Shown: positions 33,643 to 47,185, numbered from the whole stretch's first letter. The stretch: DNA of 63,455 bases, filler included, from Bipalium vagum (GCA_037834085.1; 3 parts of 3 records of this genome joined end to end with filler, not necessarily neighbours in it), one strand, 5' to 3'. A program made the numbers and translations. The notes: generated from the sequence alone by a model not told the origin.

Positions 33643-35149
33643 AGTAATAATAACTTTGAACAAATAAATTACTGGATTATAAATAGCATCGTTGAAATTA
33701 TAATTTATCTTTAATTTAAGTTAAAAATCTTAATCAATATAAAAGAATTTTCAATGAATTTCACTTTATTAAGCCTATATATTTGAAGTTTTCTAAATAT
33801 TTAGCAAAGCGCAGTGTCTCACGTATAGAAGAAATAAAAAATTTGAGCAAAGATATTAAAATTATAGTAATTAGATGAAAGAAATTTACAAATAACCAAT
33901 TCACAAACTTTGTTTATACCTGAACAAAAAGAATAAAGCTAAAAACATTGAAATAAGTTAAAATTTGATTACTATATATGCATATATATTAAACATCTTC
34001 TTCACAATTTCTGAATTTCAAAATAATTAAAAACAAGAAGTAAAAAAAAATAATTGAATAACAAAAAATCTTTTAAGAAAAAAAATATAAATAACTTAAT
34101 CTTAATAAAGTACATTTTTCATATCTTTATATATCATCTTTTATATATCTATAATTTTTTATAAAATACTTTGAAATAACTGGAATAACTTACTTCATTT
34201 TCAATATTAATTCATAAAAATAAAATGTCGATTTCATCTCAAATTTTTCAAATAAGTAAATAAATTTCATTCGCGTAAACAAATTACATAACAATAACAA
34301 AATTACAATAATTTTACAATAATAAAAATTTTAAATTTATTATATTCGAAAACAATAGAGACTATAAGATTAACCATTGAAATTAAAAAATTTTAAGAAC
34401 TTGTTCTTAATAAATTACCAGCTTCATGTGCTTTAATTAAAAAATTTAATTTATATAAGTATGTATAAAGATTTTACTATTATCTTATTACTTATCTTAT
34501 TTTGTGAATATAGGGTTTTACAGCGATTTTCAACATTTTTCAATCATTTTCAAACAAATGCAACATTTTAAAATTAATTTCAACATTTGTTTATAAAAAG
34601 AAAATATAATACTTTTCAAAATATATTTATAATACTGAGTTCCTATTAATCATTTATAATTTCATTGTTCATGGATCTGTGAACATTTCGAAACTTTTTC
34701 TCCAATATCCTTCGTAATTTTCTTTAGTAATTAAACTTGCTGCTTTAGATATCTGAATTTCAGATATATTCAGAAAATAACACAAAAACACATATATATA
34801 AAAACTTAAAACACACTAAAACATTATAATGTTTTTCAGATCACCACATTGTCATTTATTGTTTTTGGTATAAATGGTGGTATCACATTTTCTCGTCTAG
34901 AAACAAAGAGATCAAGCTCTACCAGAGAGTTTCATGGCTTTAATTGTGTGGTAACGATCCACTTGGGTTGGTGTGGGAATTTCAGCTACTCTTACAGTAA
35001 CGGAATTGGTGCAGATAAGCACGTGAAAATTTTCTTTTAGATAGGGAACGATGTCCTTCAAATAGATTACTCCGGGGTTTTATATTAAATACAGCACCCA
35101 TTTTGTTTTACTGATAAATTGGCATTGATTGGGTATATCGGTGATTTCA

Positions 35150-35940
35150 AATCTTACAATGTTTGGACAGAAGAGATCTTCATGTTTCTCCATTGATTTG
35201 AATCCAAAAATTTATTCAGTCGATCAATTGATATTTTTCTGGTTGATGGTAGGTACATGAGGTAGAACGGAGTGTATCCCGTTCCCAAATGTACTGCATT
35301 TCTATCGCCGAATAAGCACGAGGCAATGTGTACATCCCAATCGTTTTGCTGTTGATTAATATAAAAGGATAACATGCTGGCTAATGTGTAATTGAATCTT
35401 TCACTAAGCCATCAGTTTGAGGGTGATAAGGTGTGGTATTTAATTTTAATATACCAAAATAGTTATTTATTGCCAATTTTTATTAATTTATATATTGCCA
35501 ATATTTTTGTATTGCCATTTTTTTATTGCAATTTTTAGTGGCACTCATGAATTCTCGTCCTCGATCTGTGAGTAGCTTTCTTGAAACTCCATATCGAAAA
35601 ACGAATTGTTCTACAAAAATTTTTTAGATTGTTTCGGTTTTTTGATTTTGGATAGGAAATGCTTTAGGCCATTTTGTTAAATAATTGCTCATTACTAGAA
35701 TGTGAACGTTACCTGAGGTTGTTTGAAGTAATGGACCAAAGATGTCCATAGCGGTCATTTCCATGGGAGCTGGAGGTACTGGCATAGGTTTTAATGGAGG
35801 TTTCATTTTTTGAAGTGTTTCTTCTGGTTTGGCATATCTTACAAGTAGTGCACCATTTTTTTTCTAAGAGATTCTTGATTTTGTTTTTCTATGTGATAAA
35901 TGGCCTCCCAATGTACCATCGTGATATTGTAACAATACTG
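35150..35940 (-). mobile_element. Ty3/Gypsy integrase relic
   Basis: KPPLKPMPVPPAPMEMTAMDIFGPL, NYLTKWPKAFPI, FRYGVSRKLLTDRGREF, TTPYHPQTDG..ERFNYTLASML, DWD...TGYTPFYLMY; stops and frameshifts. Confidence 0.93.
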
Positions 35941-37024
35941 ATTCTCAAAGAACACACTCTAAGCCCTTCCGATTTCAAAAGATCTCACGATCTACGTTAA
36001 GTTTTGAGCGTGTTAAACACTCATTTTATTATAAAACATCAAAAATTTAATAAAACCGTTAAATTTATTAAAATTATATAAAAATTTATTTTACAGTAAA
36101 TAATAAATTTTAATATATTTCTTTAAAATATTTTTTGATTTATTATTTATTATTTAATATAAATTAAATTTTAATCGTTACACTTATAATTAATAAAAAA
36201 ATATCTTTTAAACTTTATTATTATTTTAATTAAACAACAAATAGATGTCCAGCAAAGTTGTCAGAGCTCTCGATCGATCTAATATAAATTCCCCTTTGTA
36301 TCAGAAACTTTCAGTTTATTAAAAAGATCATTATCAAGTTTTTATAATAACGTTTCAACAGATTTTTTATATCTATCTTCGTTTAGAAAATATTGATGTT
36401 CGAATATTTAAAAATTCGACTAATAATAAAACCGCATATTTTTAAATTTTCAGAATCAAAATTTTTTTCTGATAGATCTTTGAATGTAGTTTAATATTTC
36501 TTCAACAAATTTTAACAATTATTTTAGTTCCTTTTTAATTAAATTACATGTGAAATTCGAATATTCTTCATGTATTCGAAACTAAAATATTTATTTATTT
36601 TACTTCTATCAGATGGCACTTCTTAAAATCTATACAGATTCAAAATTGACCGTGTCATAAAAAATTTTTCTTGTATTTCAACTTAATATCTTTTCTAGGA
36701 AAATAGTTATTCAGCGTCAAAAATGGTAAAAGCCAATATCTTATTGAAACTATTATTCTGCGTAGAAATTTTTGTGCACTAAGATAGAGAATTATATGCT
36801 GATAATTATCATAAAATAAAAAAATGTCATAGATTGACTTTCTGAGATATTACTAAAATCAAAAAAATCAATAATGGGATCAGAAATAATGATCGGTTCA
36901 AAATGAAAACAGATAGAGAATTTACTTTTGATCTAGATCATTTAAATAAATATTTCAAATAATACTTGTAAAATAAATTTTTCTATGCAAATAGTTTTAC
37001 GCGCGCTTATCTATGTAATTGATT

Positions 37025-37108
37025 AAAAACGGTATACGAATTTAGGGTTTCATTTCTTGAGTTAAAATAAAATTGAAAAAACGAAACCTAAAATCGTAAA
37101 CCGTTTTT
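37025..37108. repeat. Imperfect inverted repeat (about 30-bp arms), possible MITE or hairpin
   Basis: AAAAACGGTATACGAATTTAGGGTTTCATTT (37025-37055) versus the reverse complement of 37079-37108, AAAAACGGTTTACGATTTTAGGTTTCGTTT. Confidence 0.75.
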
Positions 37109-37641
37109 GCTTTAATTTTTTAAAATTTTAATTTTTAATTATATTTTGAAATTTAAAATACTAAATATAAAATACTAATAATATGAATTTTAATAATGGA
37201 ATAACTAATAAATCTTAAATATATAAAATAAACTAATATTAAAAGCCATAAAACTCTAAATAAAAACTATAACATTAAAAAATATTCAAATACATGACTT
37301 AACATGTCATTTAAGCATTTTAACGATGAATTTTGCTTGAGCAACATGTCATTTTAGGATTATCACATTCAATATTTGATGTTATTCATTTAATTTTCTA
37401 AATATTCACAATAATACTATGAATTAAATATATTCAAATTTACATTTATATACTGATAGTTTATTATTCTTATTGATTTTAAAATTTTTGTTTATTTCAA
37501 ATACTTTTACAAGACAACACTTATAAAGAAATTTAATGTGTGATATTTTAATTATTTCTTTGTTTATTCTATTCTTAATTTCTACATTAATTTATTTACT
37601 TTTATAAAAAAAAATAATATTTTATAGATTTTAATAAATAG

Positions 37642-37972
37642 ATGACTTCAAATATAAGTCCCGCGTGTGTAATTCATTTAATATTCAATCATTGCAAGCA
37701 GCCGAATTCTGATTTAGTTACTGCAGAAAGTGTTATTGAATATATAAAAACAAATCTAAATTATAATGTGAATTCTGTTTCCTTTGTTAATTTAAAATTC
37801 ATTTGGTAATTTAGAATGAAGAAGCAAGTCGGTTGCATTTTAATGAACTATTTCAATCTTTGAAAATCGCAGGTAAAGCTCAAAATGATTTGCTGAGTGC
37901 AAATGATTTTGAGAAAGTTTTCAAAACTTGGATTTTATCAGTTGATAATGAAAATGATCAGTCACCAAATGA
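37642..37972 (+). CDS. First two coding exons of a gene with an N-terminal paired EF-hand-like domain resembling KASH5/CCDC155 and LRMP (EF-hand_9 type)
   Basis: Exon 37642-37767, 47-nt GT-AG intron, exon 37815-37972 give MTSNISPACVIHLIFNHCKQPNSDLVTAESVIEYIKTNLNYNNEEASRLHFNELFQSLKIAGKAQNDLLSANDFEKVFKTWILSVDNENDQSPN. The F-x-x-C...V-x-x-x-x-V-I-x-Y...RL...L-x-x-SL...F-x-x-V-x-x-x-WI pattern follows the KASH5 N-terminus as I recall it. Homology judged by eye only. Confidence 0.6.
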
Positions 37973-39007
37973 GTATATTTATCTTATCTACATCTTATAT
38001 ATGTACATCTTATCTACATGAAAACTTAATTTCATTAAAATATATTTGTATCGTAATTAGTATTAAATTGTTTTTAAAATTATTGTTTAAAAATTATTTC
38101 AATTGAGATATATATTTCGTATGTAGTTTATAAAATATTTCATTTTTTAGGACTTTAAGTTAAAGACTGGTATTTTATTGAAGTTTTATCAGAGTTATAT
38201 TATTTATTCATATGTTGACATTGGATTAGATATAATTCGCGTACTTGAATGCTCACAAACAATCTTTCATCAATAAAAATGATTGACATTTATTGATCCA
38301 ACTATTTAACAAATAATAAAATGGTTCCATAAATAACTCTTCGAATTTTCAATCCAGTAGTTCAGAAATTATTAAATAATAAATATACATTATTAAAAAA
38401 TTGATTCCTCAAAATACTATTCACACTAATTTATGTATTATTTAAAGAATTAAAATTTCAAATTTTTTAATTTTTATGATATTATTATTCTCTGCAAAAA
38501 TAAATTAATGATAATAATTTAATAAATTACAAACGATTTATAAGTATTAACAAAGTATTGATAACTAGTTTAGTTAAAGATGATAAATGAAACCAACTTT
38601 GGTAAAATGACTTCATTAAAATGGATTTTTCTGATTAAATGTATATATACAAATTATGATTAATCTTGTTGAATTAAATACTTAATTTTAATTATATTAG
38701 TTTTTTGTATTTTTTGTATTAATATTCAAATAAGAGAAATAGTATCTGATTAAAATAATAATGAAAATTTAAGATATAATAATAAATTACTTTATTTTTA
38801 TTCATTATTTTCGTTAAATAATGTTCTTAATTATTATATTAATTGATCTAAGGATATTTTTGACCATGCTTAGTTTTAAACCATATTCTTAACCCCCTTA
38901 GGGTTTCATCAATGTTTTATAACCCATCACAACTAATCATGTCCATTTTCCATCCCATGATTTTTTCCAATTAATTAAAGGGCAATTAGAAAAACAACAA
39001 CAATTTA

Positions 39008-39265
39008 TTAATCAAACTTATTTAATAAATCAAATACGGCATTGGGATCTTTCTCAAGAAAATTATATCTCCATGTCCATCTGGCAAGTAAGACTTCAGT
39101 ACAATTCTATATATTCATCTCAAACATTTTTTCTTACTTTTTAATGTTTCCCAGATAGATTCAAGTTAATAGGCTTTCCACTTATCACTCAATATACATG
39201 ATCCTTTTTAAACCACGGTTCTTATAAACGGTAATCTTACGACCACGGTAACAAAGTGGTCGTAC
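39008..39265 (-). mobile_element. Merlin (IS1016/ISXO2-like) transposase remnant, internally deleted
   Basis: YRGRK, KGSCILSDKWKAY, LESIWETLKSK, KSYL/ARWTWRYNFLEKDPNAVFDLL*: ISXO2-type SD-x-W-x-x-Y, E-x-x-W and SYL motifs in the expected order. Confidence 0.7.
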
Positions 39266-40059
39266 TTCTATTGTTAACTAAGATAAAAAATATTTTCACA
39301 CAAAACAATTTTTATAGCATTTTTCTTAACATCTCGATGAAAAATTTTTTAAACCATTGACGACAATGTTTTTTGATAACCAATTGATGAGGTTTTATTT
39401 TAACCCAGTGCATTTGATCAAGTATTTTATCTAATCCAAGTTGGTTGAAAAGTAAACATGATCCGTTATTTTATTACTTTTGTTTTTATTATTTCTTAAA
39501 ATATAATAAATTAAATAAATTTTATTAAAATTGAAAGTAATCAATAATTGATTGTTATAGTTTTCTAGAAATCAATTGTATTCAATAAAATAGTAGTGTC
39601 CATGAAAAATGTTGAAAACTAAATATATTTGATAATATTTAAAAAAGTTATGATAACTAATACTTGTAAATGGGATGTAAAAAAAATTTAATTTAAACAA
39701 ATTTGTTAAATAATGGCCAAATAAATTGTCTTTTAAAATGTTTAACATTTAAATGAACACTACGATAAAATTTTTGTTTACTATTTTCTCTAATGACTTA
39801 AAATGGATTTCCAAACTCGAAAAACGTTGAAAACCACATATTAAAAACGCTTTATATGATCGAAACATCATTTTTTTGATAAAAACAAATGCGAAATATC
39901 TTTGAGAAAAATAAAAAAGAATTTGAATACAATCTGATTTGAAAGCCAGAGGTTTGAAAGGAGTGCCTTTTTCACAAAAGAGACGCGAATCAACATATGT
40001 AAACAGTCATTCTTGAAAACATTATGTTGCTCAATGCTAAAGAGAATTTTCCTGACCAA

Positions 40060-40150
40060 TGGATTTTTATGCAAAACAATTATCTGAATCACACTAGTAA
40101 AACATGGCTACAATCTAACATTATTGTCGTTCTTGAATGGCCAGCATATT
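40060..40150 (+). mobile_element. Tc1 DDE-domain fragment
   Basis: FMQNNYLNHTSKTWLQSNIIVVLEWPA matches FQQDND-x-KHTS...W...VLEWP. Confidence 0.55.
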
Positions 40151-41098
40151 AAACTATTTTCATTGATATTTTTAGTTTTTATGGATAAATTTAGTTTTGA
40201 AATTATTTTATTATTTAACAGTCGAAATAGTTACATGTAATTTGTTTTGAAGTCTTAAGTAATATTATTCTGTTCACTTTTTATTTTTTCCTTAACATTG
40301 GGGTACCTTTTACATTCATCATTGTTAGCTGCAATATCAACTAAATAGTTTGAACAATATATTTTTTGAGTGCTTTTTAAAACAATAATACTTAAACAAA
40401 TTTTCCCTTCCTCATAAATAAAAATATTGTGCCATTAAAAATCAAAATAACAATTATTTTAAAATGAATATTTAAAAAAAATTTACAATTAATTAAAAAT
40501 TTTAATTAGGCACAATATAAAAAATTAAAAATTAGGAACCAGTTCAAATACTCACAATCATAAAAGAATAATCGGAAATATTCAAATTTATAACAAATTA
40601 ATTTCAATTATAATTTTTTATTAACAATACTATTTTATTGAACACAGTTGTGTGTTCCGGAAGTGGAATGTCTGTTGCTTTTCTGAAAACTTAAAAATAT
40701 GCAAAGCAGTAAAATTTTTGATTATAATGTAATACTTTGTTGAAATAAAAGGTGTAACATTAATTTTTATTTTTTAATAATTTAGTTTAGAGAAAATATA
40801 ATATTATCCACATATCTTATCTTTTCAATATGTATTTGAAAATGAATTAGAGAACTAGTGTCTTTTTGTGATCAATAGTGATATTTATGTTTTATATCAC
40901 AAATAAATGTCTTAATTAAAAATTGGTTGACATTTACTGTGAGATTTACGACGTAATAAACATGAGGCTATTGTGAGAGCACACTATCAACTTCTATCAT
41001 TAACCCAGTCAGTTGCAGTATGTTAACCGTTGCATAAATATGCATTCTATAGCACGAGATCTTGTACAAATTGCATTAATCTTATTAAATATACATAG

Positions 41099-41710
41099 CA
41101 ACAAACGAAACTGATTTGAGACATTGTTTTTGTTCAAGGTTAAACAAATAATAATAATGATACTGGTTTCCAAGTTTTGATATTGTTAGCTCATTAACTT
41201 ATAGTTCGTTATGCCCAACTTTATGTTAGTGATTGCTCAATTTCTTTTCAACTTTTCATACAAATTCAAAAAGAATCATAATTATTGAAGTCATCACACT
41301 GATAAAAGAAGTGGAAGGGATATTCAGCACAGCCAGTAATCCTGATCTGTAATATTCATTTTTAAGAAAATCAAACTAATATAAATTTAAGTTTAAAAAT
41401 TTTTGAAAATTAAACTAATATTTTATTAATTTTTGTTGTTGTTTATCTTAAAAATGACAATAAATTGTTTATTCTTTCCAAGTCATTTACACCTTTTTTA
41501 CTTATCAAAAGATATAAATATGAACATTTTTATTTCAAGTACAATCAAATTTTGTTCCTTTTTAATATATTTTGAAAATTAAGAATTTGTTTTATTTTAG
41601 ATCTAGGTCTTTCAATCAGACTTTAATGTTCAACAGTACTCAAAATCGACTCAGTCGCAGTTTGACAAATTTAAAACAGAAGATCGATAGTGACCATAGA
41701 AAAATTTTGG
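41099..41710 (+). CDS. Tentative chain of small internal exons, possibly the continuation of the EF-hand-like gene
   Basis: Phase-compatible GT-AG exons 41099-41138, 41190-41224, 41291-41348, 41601-41710 read TNETDLRHCFCSSSLTYSSLCPTLFITLIKEVEGIFSTASNPDLSRSFNQTLMFNSTQNRLSRSLTNLKQKIDSDHRKIL with 51- and 66-nt introns. Links upstream and downstream are unresolved. Confidence 0.45.
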
Positions 41711-43599
41711 GTAAAAAATAATTCACAATAGTTTTTTCCGATAAAATAATTTTATATATAAAAGATAATTATTTATAAAATATTTATGAAAATAATAATT
41801 AGTTTTTTAACAATGATTGTAATAATAATAATAACAATAAATTATAATAATAAATAATAATAATTATGAGGAGGCTAATCAGACCTGCGGAATTTTTTAA
41901 TTGCTTATTTTAATTATTTTAAAATATTAAAGGTACGAATAAAATTTAAAAAATAAACTTATTTTTAAAATTTTGCACTGTTCCTTCATCAAGCACCTGG
42001 TTAAGTTTTGAGACAGTTTTATTTGTGCTTGTGTTATTTTTCCATTAGTAATAAATTATTGCTCTAATTTGTGATTTGTCCAGCGAAATTTTGGAGCACC
42101 TATTCCAGAGAATAATGGTTAATAACATTAATTATACAGTATACTTGAAACTCACATGTTTAAACAGCAAACTAAAACAAAGATAATTTAAATCAGTAGA
42201 TAAATGAGAATCCCAGGGGCTAACAAATTTTAACAACTAAAAAAACGAAAAAGTTCGTTACTTGATAATAAATAAATAAACGAGAATAACGATAATGATA
42301 AAATCAAATATTGAGAAAATAATAGTACCTAAAGAAGTGTATAATTTATATTTAAGAAATTTATTGTAATTTTCACAATACTTTCTTTCAATATTAAGTC
42401 AATAAAACATTGAAAGTTGTTTTAATAGAAAATCACTAAATAAAATAAATGTGTAAATAGTGTAGCCAAAGATTTTCTATTAGATCTTTGGAAGATTTAA
42501 TTAATTTATTACACTTGAATGATCATTATTTCAAAGTATAAAGTATTGTTTAATCTATATAATTTATAAAAAGTAATAAAACTAATTAAGCACAAAATAT
42601 TAAAAAAAGAAACGTCAATCATACTTGATAACTGTTACCTTTTTATTACTATTACATATCCAGTTGTTCTGGTTTCACAACTTTAAGCTTCTCAGCCTTA
42701 TTATTGTTCACCTATGTATAGAATTATTTTGCTTGATGCTTTTCAAATTATAAATTAATATTTGTAATGTTAATTATATTTTGCAGCATATAATTTATAT
42801 ACCATCTTTTTTCAAACAAGGCGCATATTATCTTCTGTAAGTTAAACCGGAAAATGTTATTATTAGGAATACTATTCCAATCTAAAATATTATTTGTTAT
42901 TTAATAATTAAAAAGGTGCACAAATGAAGAAATGAATTATTATTCCAATTTTAATTACATTTAATCTCTAATATTAATTATATAGTTGATGACTGATTTA
43001 GTTTTTCGCTTTCTTTATGAGATCAGTTATTTTCTAAAATGACTATAATTTAAATTTTTTAAATATAACCTTTTATGTACATACTTTATTGTAGTTAAAT
43101 ATTTATTGATCTGTTAATATTAAAGTTTGAAATCATATCAATCAAAGACATTTTCAATAACAATTCGAATATATATATAATCTTGTGAACATCATAAATT
43201 TATTTTTTAAATAGACGCATTTCAATTATTTTGAACTAATTTTTTCCAAATATTTATTATCAAGAAACATGTTTCGAACTATTATCAGTTCATCATCATC
43301 ATTAATATTTTAAACAACACACTTTATTTATCTAAACGTCGGTCTAATTTTTAATTTAAATATTTTGTAAAATTCTGAGTGGTGGAAATTATTATTTTTA
43401 ATTTTTAAAAAATTCTTTTCTCTCTTTAAAAAAAATTATATTCATTTTTAAAAAAAAATCTAAAAATTAATTAATCTGAGAAAACATTGACCACCAATTG
43501 GCTTTTACTTTCTCCAGTTTGAATATTGATCTCCGGTTGCCACTCTTTTATTAATAACGATTCGCATATCGATGTACTCTCTCAAAAGTGGTTTTCGCC

Positions 43600-44530
43600 A
43601 AGGCTTCCAAAAATAATTATTTACCGCTTCATAAGGAAAACCGCTTTCCACCAAGAAAATTTTTAAACTTTGGATACAAGTAAAAGATAGAGGGAGCCAA
43701 ATCGGTATGGTAGATGTTGAAGAAGTTCGTACTTTAACTCATTGATTTTTGCCATTTTTATTAATGCCGTGTGTGGAAGTACATTATTTTGATGAAAAAT
43801 AATTTTCTTTTTCTGCAAACCGGGTCTTTATTCATTAATGGTAGTATCCAAATTATTCAACAGTTTTAGGTAATACTCTCCATTGATTGTTTCACCTTTT
43901 TGAGAATATCGATCATAAGAATTCATTTTAGAATCCCAAAATATTGATGCCATAACCTTACCAATAGAGTGAACTCCCATCGCTTTTTTGGAGTTGAACA
44001 TTTCCGATGTTTCCACTGCATAGATTTGGTTTTGTTTTCTGGAGTGAAGTAATGAACCCATATCTCATCTGTGGTAACAAATCCTCGCACAAAATCAGTT
44101 TTATTCTTTTGAAAACGTGGCAAACTTGAGAAAGTTTCATTCTTACTTGTTTTTGTTCAACTATGAGCAAACAGGGCTCTCATCTTGCCATTAATTTTTT
44201 AATCTCTAATTCATTATTCAAAATAAAATGCATCAATTCAGTTGATATGTCAATTCTGTTAAATATATCTGATACCTTCGCTCAACGATCTTGGAGAACC
44301 GATTCATCTAAATTCATTCATTTAAATCAAATTATTACTAAAATTAATCTGAGTCATTTATATAGTGAAATTCCAGTGCATGTATATTTAATATAGTATT
44401 TTCAGATCTTTATTAATCTTTGTACAAATTGTACATTCAGTGTAATGTGATATTTTCAATTAAGATATTGATCTTATTATATTCACGTAATTTGGGTAAG
44501 CACTTTCTATCAGTCGGAAATTTAAATATG
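43600..44530 (-). mobile_element. Decayed mariner transposon
   Basis: FVTTDEIWVHYFTPE, SIGKVMASIFWDSK, KGETINGEYY, PDLAPSIFYLYPKFKNFLGGKRF. Confidence 0.92.
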
Positions 44531-44844
44531 ATGGGATTTTCCATTTTTAAAAGTGTAAAATAATGTTTTTTTTTAATATTTTAGAAAATAGTGTATACTT
44601 TTAAAATTAGATCTAATAAACAATTAAACAGTTTTATGTGGTGCTAAAAAAATAGTTATCTTTGTTTTATTTTTGTCGGGTATTATCATTATTAGGTTCC
44701 GAAATTTAAGAACCGTTTTTAAGAACTAAAATAAAAATTAAATAATTTAAACCTAAAACTAATTCAATAAAAGTAGTTTCCATTGCACCGACTGCAGAAA
44801 AACAAACCGACATCGTGATATTTTTTGGTATAATATCGGATTTT

Positions 44845-45056
44845 CGAAATGATGCTGAGTTTTGCCTGTAGTCGGTTCCGATCCCGTTTGGAGGCCGTCA
44901 TCGAAGCTAAAGGAGAATGGATTGAGTGACATTGAAGATAATCCTGTAAATTTTGAAACCTATAAATAAATTTTATAATTTGTTTGATCATTACTAAAAT
45001 ATATTCGGCTTTTGTTTTACTGATAATTTTCCCGATTTAAGTGGCGCACCCTGTAG
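44845..45056 (+). mobile_element. maT/DD37D-like transposon 3' end with TIR
   Basis: ACSRFRSRLEAVIEAKGEWIE*, then TTCCCGATTTAAGTGGCGCACCCTG-TA. Confidence 0.7.
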
Positions 45057-46055
45057 AGAACATGTTTTTGGTTGTAATTATCTCATTTTTGATAAAAGAT
45101 AGCAGAAATATATTTTAAGCAAATTATTATTAAGAGAAACATTAAATCTAGATGCAAAATATTTAAAATCCCTGCAAACATGTTTTAAGATAGATTTCTA
45201 TCTTAATTTGCATGGGTGCAAAAATGGAAACGATGTCAGAGTTATTTTGATTACATTCATTTTTCAAAATAAATATTTTATTTTTGTGTTTAGTTTCGCT
45301 TTATTATGTTAATTATCTGCATTTAATGATTAGATAACGTCAAGAATAATAGATTCACAAAGTGAATATTTTAATTTCCGTAAGTACAAGTAACAAAAAG
45401 TCATAAATAAAAATTAATTAAAAAAAATTCATTATGACTGTATATAAATTTACAAGACATGTGTAAAAAATTGATTTTTTATGATAAATAATTTGTGGAA
45501 ATATATTTCTTATAATAAATTCGGAATGTTGTCTTATATTTCAATTATTTTTTTTATAGTAAATATAATATCATTATGATTATTTTTAAAATATAGCAAA
45601 TCTCTGTAAAAATCTAATGATAAAGACATTTCTGAAATACTGCCCATTGTCTTATGGGATAAAAAACTCTAAAAAATTATTAAATAATTTTTATTAAACT
45701 AGTTCAAATTGATTTACAATTACATTTTTTCACCCTATTTACAAAACTTATTGAATATATATATATTTTTTGATCCAAGAAAAGAATCTATTCAAAAAAA
45801 ATTTGTTCACATAACTTTACGCAGATTTAGATTACACTAATAATTTAAATGGAATAAATTTGAACATGTTTTAGATTTCATGAAATTATTATATTAATAT
45901 ATTAAAAAATCGAATAATGAAAGTGTTCTATTAAAAACTATTAAAAATTAAAACTACAATTCATATTTCAGGAACAATTTATTTGAAATTTTGATTTTTG
46001 TATTTTATTATTTTATTCTTCGCTATTAAATATGATATAAATATAAAAATATATA

Positions 46056-47000
46056 CAGGGTTTTCCAAAAGAAGCTTTACTACTTTTAACATATTAAATA
46101 CTAAGTAGTTTTTGTTTAAATAAATTAATATTTAACATTATTCTAGCTAGACATCTGAAAATTAAATATGGATCGTTATAATATGCAACAATGGGCAGAA
46201 AATGTCAAAATATGTTATCAAAGCGGTAGTTCAATTTCAGTAACCGTTAAAAAATTAAATGCGAAATTTTGGAAAAACAAATGTCCATCAAAACCAACAT
46301 TTTACAGTCTGGTTAAGGCTTTTGAAACATTTGGCTCGGTAACAGATAGACCAAAATTTGGACGACCTCGATCTGCGCGTATACCTGAAAATATTGCAAA
46401 TACACGAGAAAGCATTGAAGACAATAAATGCACCTCAATCAGTCATAGGAATTAAACCTCTCAAAATCTAATTTGTCACGGATAATGCATGAAGATTTGC
46501 ATATGAAAGCTTAAAGAATCAGACGATCAAAGTCGCCTGAATTATTTTAATTGGTTGATAGAAAGATCAATTGTGGATCCTCATTTTTGGAAAAAAATCA
46601 TTATGACTTATGAAAGTCATTTTCACTTGAGTGAAGATGTTTTTAATAAACAAAATTGTCGAATTTGTGCAACAAAGTAACTCTATGTTTTGAAGGAAGA
46701 CGCATTACATTCGCCAAAAGTTACTGTATGGTGTGGGATATGGGCAAGAGTTGTAATTGGTCCATACTTTTTCGAAAATGCTGCAGGTAAAACAGTTACA
46801 GTAAGGGAGAGAGATATTGACACATGATAGAAACATTCCTACAATCAACCAAAAACTATTACACAACTCAAAGAAAACATTTCGGAACAAATCGCTATGA
46901 TCTCAATTGACTTATACCAAAAAGTTATGCTAAATTCCATAAAATAGCCCAAACTTGTAAGGCTGCCAGGGGCGGTCATTTTAATGATATATTTAAAATA
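46056..47000 (+). mobile_element. rosa/DD41D-like (Tc1/mariner superfamily) decayed transposon
   Basis: TA|CAGGGTTTTCCAAAA left TIR; MDRYNMQQW...FETFGSVTDRPKFGRPRSARIPENI; ESHFHL...NKQNCRI; LHSPKVTVWCGIWARVVIGPYFFEN. Confidence 0.85.
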
Positions 47001-47085
47001 TATTTTTTTGTAATATCTGTGTTTAAATAAAGGTATAAATAAAATTATTTGGCTTTTTAATTTTTATGTACGGAGAAATAGCGAC

Positions 47086-47185
47086 NNNNNNNNNNNNNNN
47101 NNNNNNNNNNNNNNNNNNNNNNNNNNNNNTTAATTAATTAANNNNNNNNNNNNNNNNNNNNNNNNNNNNNNNNNNNNNNNNNNNN
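47086..47185. other. Assembly gap with artificial six-frame stop linker (44 N + TTAATTAATTAA + 44 N)
   Basis: Same construct as 30305-30404. Confidence 0.95.
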
